Of a stretch of DNA of 64,000 nt, positions 57,369 to 64,000 are shown piece after piece (positions within the stretch are counted from its first letter, which is position 1; each line of letters begins with the position of its first letter). The position numbers and the translations under genes are program-made. This DNA is from Myxococcota bacterium (lineage in GTDB: Bacteria; Myxococcota_A; UBA9160; UBA6930): contig OZ245002.1 of the NCBI GenBank assembly GCA_965223415.1, positions 1,312,001 through 1,376,000 on the forward strand, written 5' to 3'. The notes beneath the pieces were generated by a model. The model made no database searches. It had not been told where the DNA came from and worked only from the letters and a program-made list of their open reading frames with translations.

Positions 57369-58643
57369 TTGTCCGACGCCGCCGGGTCGAGAGACGCCGG
57401 AGGATCGCGCCAGGCCGTCCTCCTGCTCGCGGGACTGATGGCCTACTGGGGCTTCGCGGACGGCCTGAACGGCGCCGCGGCACCCTTCCTCGCCCGCGAG
57501 TTCGGCCTCGACGACGTCGGCATCAGCCGCTCCTTCGGCTGGATCTCGATCGGCGCGCTGGGCACCTACGGACTCGCGCGCTGGGCCGACCGCACCGGCC
57601 GCCGCCGCGTACTGCTGTGGACGATGCTCCTGATGGCGCCGCTCTGCATCGGTACCGCGCTGGCCTCGGGGCTCACGGCCTTCATCGTCGTGCAGGTGTT
57701 CGTGCAGGCCCTGAAGGGCCTGCTCGCAATCCTGGTGCCGGTGATGGTCACCGAGACCCTCTCCACCGAGGCGCGCGCCCGTGGCCAGGGCTGGGTCGGG
57801 CTCGCCGGCTCCCTCGGCGGCGGCGGCGGCCTGCTGCTGATGGCGGGCTCCGAGAACCTGCCGGGCACCTGGCGCTGGGTGTGGGGCGCCGCCGCGCTCG
57901 TCGTGATCGCGGTGCCATTCCTGCGCCGCGTCCTTCCCGAGAGCCGGCACTTCGAGCGCGCCGCCGCGGCCGGCGAGACCGAGAGCGCGAAGGTCCGCCA
58001 CCTGGTGAGCCCTCGCTATCGCCGACGCACCCTCGCCGTCCTGGCGGTCTCCGGGCTCTTCCCCATGGTCATCGCCGCGACCCAGTCGTGGCTGATCTAC
58101 TTCCCCGTGCAGCACCTGGGCCTGCCGCCCCTGGCCGCCACCGCCGTGGTGATCGTCGGCGGCGCCATGGCGCTGCCGGGCTTTCCGATCGGCGGGCATC
58201 TCTCGGAGGTGTGGGGCCGGCGGCCGACCTTCCTCGTCACGAGCGTCCTGTACTTCGGCGCCACCTGGGGCTTCTACCACGTGACGCAGGACTTCCCCGT
58301 GCACCCGGCCCTCGGGCTGGTGCCGGGCATGGCGGCGATGAGCTTCTGCTCCTCGGCGGCCGCCGTGCCGATGCGCGCCGCGGCCACGGAGCTCTTCCCC
58401 ACCGCCCTTCGCGCCACCCTCAGCGGCGGCGCGGCGATCGCCGTGGCCGTGGGCCAGATCTCCGCCTACTTCGCCACCTCGGCCCTGAGCGCGTGGCTCG
58501 GTGGCCTGCCCACCGCCGCCAGCCTGCTCGCCCTGGGCATGCCGACGGCCGGCCTGATCTTCTTCCTCGCGCTCCCCGAGACGCGCGGCCGACCGATCGA
58601 GGACGAGGACGCCGCGCACCGTGAGACAAGGGGACGTTCCTGA
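57369..58643 (+). CDS. MFS transporter
   Basis: ADRTGRR, TELFPTALRAT, LPETRG. Stop codon lies inside the repeat. Confidence 0.87.
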   Translation: MSDAAGSRDAGGSRQAVLLLAGLMAYWGFADGLNGAAAPFLAREFGLDDVGISRSFGWISIGALGTYGLARWADRTGRRRVLLWTMLLMAPLCIGTALASGLTAFIVVQVFVQALKGLLAILVPVMVTETLSTEARARGQGWVGLAGSLGGGGGLLLMAGSENLPGTWRWVWGAAALVVIAVPFLRRVLPESRHFERAAAAGETESAKVRHLVSPRYRRRTLAVLAVSGLFPMVIAATQSWLIYFPVQHLGLPPLAATAVVIVGGAMALPGFPIGGHLSEVWGRRPTFLVTSVLYFGATWGFYHVTQDFPVHPALGLVPGMAAMSFCSSAAAVPMRAAATELFPTALRATLSGGAAIAVAVGQISAYFATSALSAWLGGLPTAASLLALGMPTAGLIFFLALPETRGRPIEDEDAAHRETRGRS

Positions 58644-58717
58644 CTGTCTCACTCCTCGGGCTGGAGATGGGCACCTGCGGCGGGAGTGAGACAGTCAGGA
58701 ACGTCCCCTTGTCTCAC
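58621..58717. repeat. REPIN-like doublet, family A: 35-bp perfect inverted arms with 27-nt spacer
   Basis: GTGAGACAAGGGGACGTTCCTGACTGTCTCACTCC and its reverse complement. Confidence 0.92.
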
Positions 58718-59509
58718 CTACGCGTCCTCCAGGGGACGATGCCCCGAGAGGTTGATGAAGGCCGTGGCGCCGCCGTCGACCACCATGGCGTGGCCGGTGA
58801 CGGCGGAGGCATCCTCGCTGCATAGGAAGGCGACCACCGACGCGATCTCCTCGGGCTGGATCAGGCGCCCGATGGCGTGGAGATCCTCGACCTCCTCGCG
58901 GGTGCGGCGCGACGCCTGCTGGAACTGGTCGTAGAGCGGCGTCTCGACCACGCCGGGGCAGACCGCGTTGGCGCGGATCCCGCGCCGCCCGTACTCGATG
59001 GCGACGTTGCGCGTGAAGTTCACGACGCCGGCCTTGGCGGTGGTGTAGGGCGACGCGAACATCTCGCCGCCGAAGGCCTCGATCGAGGCGGTATTCACGA
59101 TCGAGCCGCCGCCGCGCTCGATCATCTCCGGCAGGGCCGCCCGGCAGCCGTAGAAGACCGCCGTGAGCATGATGCGCAGGCTCTTCTCCCAGCCGTCCGG
59201 GTCGAGGGCGTGCACCGGCCCGCCGCTCGACCACACCGCGTTGTTCATCATGATGTCGAGGCCGCCGAACTCGCGTACGGTGGCCGCGACGCAGTCCTCG
59301 AGCTGTGACAGCTCGCCCACGTCGCATGCGATGAAGCGCGCGCGTCCGCCGGCTTTGGCGATCTCCTGGGCGAGCTCGCCGCCCTTGGCCGCGTCGATGT
59401 CCGCACACACCACGGCGGCGCCCTCGGAGACGAGCCGGCGCAGCGTCGCGGCGCCGATCCCCGACGCTCCGCCCGTCACGATCGCCACCTTGCCGTCGAA
59501 TCGACCCAT
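58718..59509 (-). CDS. SDR family oxidoreductase
   Basis: VTGGASGIG, NNA, YTTAK, NAVCPG. Confidence 0.92.
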   Translation of the reverse strand: MGRFDGKVAIVTGGASGIGAATLRRLVSEGAAVVCADIDAAKGGELAQEIAKAGGRARFIACDVGELSQLEDCVAATVREFGGLDIMMNNAVWSSGGPVHALDPDGWEKSLRIMLTAVFYGCRAALPEMIERGGGSIVNTASIEAFGGEMFASPYTTAKAGVVNFTRNVAIEYGRRGIRANAVCPGVVETPLYDQFQQASRRTREEVEDLHAIGRLIQPEEIASVVAFLCSEDASAVTGHAMVVDGGATAFINLSGHRPLEDA

Positions 59510-59541
59510 CCCGCCCTCCTGGCCCGTCGCCCGCCGCGATC

Positions 59542-59840
59542 CTACCCCAGCTCTCCGGCGCGAAGCGCCGCTCCGACGTAGGCGGTGGCGAGGATGGCGA
59601 AGATGCAGGCCTGCAGGAGCCCGATCAGTACGTCGAGGGCCATCAGCGGCAAGGGCACCGGGAAGCCGGTGAGCGCGACGAGCCGAGCCAGGCGCCCAGG
59701 GTCGCGGGCAGTGCGATCGACCAGCCCAGCGTTCCGAGGACCGAGGGCGAGCGCCAGGAGTGGGCGCCGGAGGGGTCGCGCCGCCGGAGCCGCTCCACGT
59801 CGCGCTCCAGGGAGGGGAACCCTTCGCGCTCGACCCCGTC
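59542..59840 (-). pseudogene. Fused remnants of ATP synthase genes: AtpZ/AtpQ-like N-terminus and subunit a (AtpB) C-terminus
   Basis: ERDVERLRRRDPSG..WRSPSVLGTLGWSIALPATLGAWLG joined out of frame to LVALTGFPVPLPLMALDVLIGLLQACIFAILATAYVGAA. Confidence 0.75.
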
Positions 59841-60090
59841 GGCCTGCTCGGGGAGACGCAAGGGCGAGGCCAGCTCGGAGGCCGGCCGACGGCGGTCCCA
59901 TCCGCAGCGGGCACGAGGGCCTGGGACACTTGGCCCCGAGCGATCCCGGGTAGTCTCTGCCCGTGGCGCGGAGGTCCATGCTCGCGGCCCCGGGGAGGCT
60001 CCCCGGGCTGGCCCTCTCCTTCTCGGTGGCGATGCTCCGGGGCATGCCCGCCCCGTCCCCGTCCCCCGCACCCACCGAAGAGGAGGCCGT

Positions 60091-61194
60091 GTGGAGCCGC
60101 TGACCCAGGCCCTGCTCGGTGCGTCCGTCGCCCGGGTCGCGAGCCCGGAGCTCGGGCGGCGCGCCCTCGTGTGGGGAGCGCTCGTCGGCATGGCGCCGGA
60201 CCTCGATGTGCTCCTCGCCCCGCTCCACGGCGGCTACGGCGAGCTGCTCTACCACCGGGGCACGACCCACTCACTCTGGTTCGGTCCGGCGGTGGGGCCG
60301 CTGGTCGCCTGGCTACTGTGGCGATGGCGGGATCCGGAGCGGACGACGGCGCTCCGCGCCTGGGTGAAGGTGTGCGTGCTGGCGCTCTTCACCCATCCGC
60401 TGCTCGATCTGTTCACGCCCTACGGCACGCAGCTGCTGGCGCCTTTCTCGCGGGCGCGCTTCGCCGTGCACGGCGTCGGCATCATCGATCCGTTCTACAC
60501 GGGCATCCTCGCGTTCGGCCTGCTGGCGCCGCGGGGCTTCGGCTTCGTCCAGGCGGCGCCTCGGCGGGTCGCCTGGGCACTCGCGCTCGGGGCGATCTAC
60601 CTGATGGGAGGCGTGGCGCTCAACGAGCTGGCGCGCAGCGACGCGGCACGCGCCCTCGGTGCACGGCGCGCGGAGGTTCGCGTCTATCCCACCCTGCTCC
60701 AGCCGCTGATGCGGAGGGTGGTCGCGCGTCAGGACGGCACGGTCTGGGTCGGCTGGCACACGACGCTCGCGATGGGCTGCCCCTTCGGCGAGCGCTTCCC
60801 CGAGCCGCCCTCGAGTGCGGAGGCGGGCGAGCTCCGGGACACCTGGGAAGGCCGGCTGATGCGCTGGTTCGCCTTGGACGACGTCGTCGTCCACACCACC
60901 CGCCTGCCCGACGGGAGCGCCCTCGTGGAGATGGAGGACCTCCGCTACGGGATGCCCGGCCAGCCGCCGTCGCGCAGCATGTGGGGCGTGCGAGCGCGCT
61001 ACGACGCGGCGGGCCGGCGCACCGGCCCGGTCGAGCGCTTCCGGCGTCCGCGGGCCGAAGGGACGAGCCTCGCCGTGCTGGGCGAGCTCACCCTCGGCCG
61101 CTTCGCCCGCAGCGGGCTCACTGGACAGCTCGCCGGCAGCTGCGCCGGCACCGTGGAAGCGGACGCCTTGCCTGTGCCACCCTCGCGCTCATGA
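60091..61194 (+). CDS. Membrane-bound metal-dependent hydrolase (YdjM family)
   Basis: MEPLTQALLG, APDLD, HRGTTHS, THPLLDLFTPYG, IIDP. Confidence 0.87.
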   Translation: MEPLTQALLGASVARVASPELGRRALVWGALVGMAPDLDVLLAPLHGGYGELLYHRGTTHSLWFGPAVGPLVAWLLWRWRDPERTTALRAWVKVCVLALFTHPLLDLFTPYGTQLLAPFSRARFAVHGVGIIDPFYTGILAFGLLAPRGFGFVQAAPRRVAWALALGAIYLMGGVALNELARSDAARALGARRAEVRVYPTLLQPLMRRVVARQDGTVWVGWHTTLAMGCPFGERFPEPPSSAEAGELRDTWEGRLMRWFALDDVVVHTTRLPDGSALVEMEDLRYGMPGQPPSRSMWGVRARYDAAGRRTGPVERFRRPRAEGTSLAVLGELTLGRFARSGLTGQLAGSCAGTVEADALPVPPSRS

Positions 61195-62420
61195 CGCGAA
61201 CGGGCGAGCGCGACCGGGCGCTCCGGGAGCGTGCGCGACGGGTGATCCCCGGCGGCATGTACGGCCACCAGTCGACGGGTCCCCTGCCCGACGGGTTCCC
61301 CCAGTTCTTCTCCCGCGCCGAGGGCTGCCGGCTGTGGGACGCGGACGGCAACGAGCTCGTCGACCTGATGTGCGCCTACGGTCCGATGCTGCTCGGCTAC
61401 GGCCACCCGAAGGTCGAGGCCGCGGCGGCCGAGCAGGCCCGGCTCGGCGACACCATGACCGGGCCCCACGAGATCCTGGTCGACCTGGCGGAGCGCTTCG
61501 TCGCGACGGTCGAGCACGCCGACTGGGCGGTGTTTTGCAAGAACGGCACGGACGCGACCAGTGCCTGCGTCGCGATCGCGCGGGCGGCGACGGGACGGCG
61601 GGTGCTGCTCGTGGCCGAGGGCGCCTACCACGGCGCCGCGCCCTGGTGCACGCCCTTCCCCGCCGGCACCGTGGAGGAGGCGCGCGCTCACCAGATCGAG
61701 TTCACCTACGGCGACGCGGAGAGCCTCGCCGGGGCCGTCGATCAGGCGGGAGACGATCTGGCCGCGGTGCTCGTGAGCCCGTTCCGCCACGACGCCCTGC
61801 ACGACCAGAGCGAGCCGGACGCGGCCTTCGCCCGGCAGGTGCGCGCCGTGTGCGACGAGCGCGACGCCCTGCTGATCCTCGACGACGTGCGCGCCGGCCT
61901 GCGGCTCTCCTTCGGCGGCAGCTGGACGCCGCTCGGCGTGGAGCCGGACCTCAGCGCCTGGGGAAAGGCCATCGCGAACGGGCATGCGCTCTCGGCGCTC
62001 ACCGGCGGCGAGCGCTGTCGCGAGGCGGCGCGCAAGGTCTACCTGACGGGCTCCTTCTGGTTCCAGGCGGTACCGATGGCCGCGGCCCTGGCGACCCTGG
62101 ACGAGCTCTCCCGCGAGCCCTACGTGGAGCATCTGGTGGCGATGGGCACGAAGCTGCGCCGCGGCTGGGCCGTGCAGGCGGAGCGCCACGGCGTCGGCAT
62201 TCGCCAGACCGGGCCCGTCCAGATGCCGATGGTGCTGTTCGACGAAGACCGGCGCTTCCGCAAGGGCTACCGCTGGGTGAGCGAGGCGCTGAACCGTGGC
62301 GCCTATCTCCACCCCTGGCACAACATGTTCCTCAGCACGGCCCATCGGGAGCAGGACATCGAGCGCGTGCTCGCGGCCACCGAGCCGGCCTTCGCTGCAG
62401 TGGCGAGGGAGGAGCCGTGA
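61191..62420 (+). CDS. Class III aminotransferase (GSA-aminomutase-like)
   Basis: IPGG, KNGTDAT, AYHG, DDVRAG, WGKAIANG. Confidence 0.9.
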   Translation: MTRTGERDRALRERARRVIPGGMYGHQSTGPLPDGFPQFFSRAEGCRLWDADGNELVDLMCAYGPMLLGYGHPKVEAAAAEQARLGDTMTGPHEILVDLAERFVATVEHADWAVFCKNGTDATSACVAIARAATGRRVLLVAEGAYHGAAPWCTPFPAGTVEEARAHQIEFTYGDAESLAGAVDQAGDDLAAVLVSPFRHDALHDQSEPDAAFARQVRAVCDERDALLILDDVRAGLRLSFGGSWTPLGVEPDLSAWGKAIANGHALSALTGGERCREAARKVYLTGSFWFQAVPMAAALATLDELSREPYVEHLVAMGTKLRRGWAVQAERHGVGIRQTGPVQMPMVLFDEDRRFRKGYRWVSEALNRGAYLHPWHNMFLSTAHREQDIERVLAATEPAFAAVAREEP

Positions 62421-63472
62421 GCGGCCTGCGCGATCGACTGCTGGGTGCCTGGCAGGGGCGCATCTCCGGCTGTCAGCTCGGCAAGCCGGTGGAGCTCCTG
62501 GTGCACGTCGAGGGACAGGAGGGCCTGACTTCCTATCTCGAGGGCGCCGGCGCCCTGCCCCTGCGCGACTACGTGCCACTCGTCGAGGACAGCGTGGTCG
62601 ACCGGACCGCGCGCGCTTCGTGCAAGGGCCAGCTCACCCGCAGCGAGCCCGACGACGACATCAACTACACCGTGCTCGCCCTGCTCCTGCTCGAAGAGCA
62701 CGGGCTCGCGCTGGACACCACCGCGGTCGGGCGCGCCTGGCTCCGCCTGCTGCCGGTCGGCGCCACCTTCACGGCCGAGCGCGCGGCCTACCGGACCCTT
62801 CTGGAGCGCGGCCACGAGTACTTCGCCCTCGGCGCGCCGCCGGGCTTCGACCTGGCGGAGTGCTCCGACCACGAGTGGAACGACTGGATCGGCGCGCAGA
62901 TTCGCGCGGACCTCTACGGCTGGGTGTGCCCGGGCCGGCCGGAGCTGGCGGCGGACCTCGCGCGCCGCGACGCCGCGCTCTCCCATCGCGGCGACGGCAT
63001 CCACGGTGCGGCCTTCGTCGCGGCAGCGGGTGCGGCGATTCCGGCGGCGGCGTCTCTCGAAGCGGCCGTCGAGCGCGCGCTGGCGGAGATCCCCGCCGAT
63101 TCCCGCGCGGCGGAGGCCGTGCGTCTCGGCCGCGAGCTGGCCGGGCACGGCGACGGCGGCGGCCGCATCCGCGAGCGCTACGCGGACCTCCCGGTGGTCC
63201 ACACCGTGAACAACCTCGCCCTCGTCGTGTGGTCGCTCCTGGGCCACCCCGACGATTTCGGCGCCGCCATCGGTGACGTGGTGGCCGCCGGCCTCGACAC
63301 CGACTGCAACGGCGCCACCGTCGGAGGCCTCTGGGGCCTCCAGGGCAAGCCCATCCCCGAGGCCTGGACGGCCCCCTGGGCCGGCCGTGTCGCCGTCCAG
63401 CTCGCCGGCCACGGCGAGCTCACCGTGGGCGACCTCGTCGCCCGCACCACCCACCTCGCCGAGACCCTCTGA
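62417..63472 (+). CDS. ADP-ribosylglycohydrolase family protein
   Basis: PDDDINY, WIGAQIRAD, SH, DTDCNGAT. Confidence 0.88.
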   Translation: MSGLRDRLLGAWQGRISGCQLGKPVELLVHVEGQEGLTSYLEGAGALPLRDYVPLVEDSVVDRTARASCKGQLTRSEPDDDINYTVLALLLLEEHGLALDTTAVGRAWLRLLPVGATFTAERAAYRTLLERGHEYFALGAPPGFDLAECSDHEWNDWIGAQIRADLYGWVCPGRPELAADLARRDAALSHRGDGIHGAAFVAAAGAAIPAAASLEAAVERALAEIPADSRAAEAVRLGRELAGHGDGGGRIRERYADLPVVHTVNNLALVVWSLLGHPDDFGAAIGDVVAAGLDTDCNGATVGGLWGLQGKPIPEAWTAPWAGRVAVQLAGHGELTVGDLVARTTHLAETL

Positions 63473-63473
63473 A

Positions 63474-63551
63474 AACGCAAGAGTGGGGACGTTCCTTGCA
63501 TCTTGCGCTCTTAAGAGCGCAAGATGCAAGGAACGTCCCCACTCTTGCGTT
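63474..63551. repeat. REPIN-like doublet, family A variant: 78-bp perfect palindrome
   Basis: AACGCAAGAGTGGGGACGTTCCTTGCATCTTGCGCTCTT and its reverse complement, centred on TTAA. Confidence 0.92.
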
Positions 63552-64000
63552 CAGCGGTTGGCGAGGGTGGAGTCCTTGAGCTGGCGGCGGGTGAGGTCGC
63601 CCATGCCCTTGGTGTCGAGGAGATCGGGGCGGACGGCGGCGATGGGATCGCGGGTGTCGTCGATGTAGCCCAGGGCGTAGGCGCCGCGGGCGTAGCCCAT
63701 CAGCCGGAGGAGATCCTTTGGGAGGGTGGCGGCGATCTCGCGGGGCACCGTCAGGTACTGGTTCTCCTCCTGGCGGAGGAAGCCCACGACGTAGGTGAGG
63801 TTGACGCCGATGCGCACGTCCTGGCTGCGGTTGGGGCCGCCGCCGTGGTAGACCGAGCCGGTGTAGAAGAGGACCGAGCCCGCCTCCATCTCCGCCGGCT
63901 CCGTGTCCTCGAGCCGGTAGCGGAGCTTGTCCTCGTGGAGGTGCGAGCCCGGGATCACGCGGGTGGCGCCGTTCTCCTCGTTGAAGTCGGTGAGTGCCCA
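63551..64000 (-). CDS. PhyH family dioxygenase, 5'-truncated by window edge
   Basis: WALTDFNEENGATRVIPGSH, YHGGGPN, LRQEENQY. Confidence 0.88.
   Translation of the reverse strand, partial: WALTDFNEENGATRVIPGSHLHEDKLRYRLEDTEPAEMEAGSVLFYTGSVYHGGGPNRSQDVRIGVNLTYVVGFLRQEENQYLTVPREIAATLPKDLLRLMGYARGAYALGYIDDTRDPIAAVRPDLLDTKGMGDLTRRQLKDSTLANR

Noticed and set aside
61191..62420. Assigning hemL
   Set aside because: Only family-level similarity, divergent motifs, and no tetrapyrrole gene context.
20645..63551. CRISPR array or IS ends as the explanation for the repeats
   Set aside because: Copies are dispersed, not tandem with unique spacers. No cas or transposase gene is in the window.
1..64000. 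tRNA (including tRNA-Sec), rRNA, riboswitch or sel genes
   Set aside because: None recognisable by eye. Intergenic gaps are short and otherwise explained, but a covariance-model scan was not run.

Overview
This is a very GC-rich (roughly 70-72%), tightly packed bacterial chromosomal window with about 57 intact CDS. The lineage is probably a diderm Myxococcota/Deltaproteobacteria-like organism, inferred only from GC content and the PEP-CTERM-like, PilZ and GGDEF genes. Content is dominated by lipid, steroid and xenobiotic-type catabolism: P450, TauD, three PhyH dioxygenases, acyl-CoA synthetases and dehydrogenases, enoyl-CoA hydratases, SDRs, a CoA transferase, a single-chain biotin carboxylase and a sulfotransferase. 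ppk2 and recQ are also present. I saw no rRNA, tRNA, CRISPR array or transposase. Main hidden signals: (1) two genes the ORF track splits are probably selenoproteins, each with an in-frame TGA in a UxxC motif followed by a SECIS-like hairpin (a redoxin-DsbD-alpha fusion, and an orphan PrdB/GrdB-like protein coupled to a hydrolase and a carboxylase); (2) seven REP/REPIN-like elements in two related families with a conserved core and co-varying flanks, some supplying stop codons; (3) pervasive leaderless TANNNT-N6-8-start promoters, including overlapping bidirectional -10 boxes; (4) four deletion scars holding gene fragments (DUF3604, MscS, N-ATPase atpQ/atpB, unknown). All family calls come from motif recognition by eye, not database searches.
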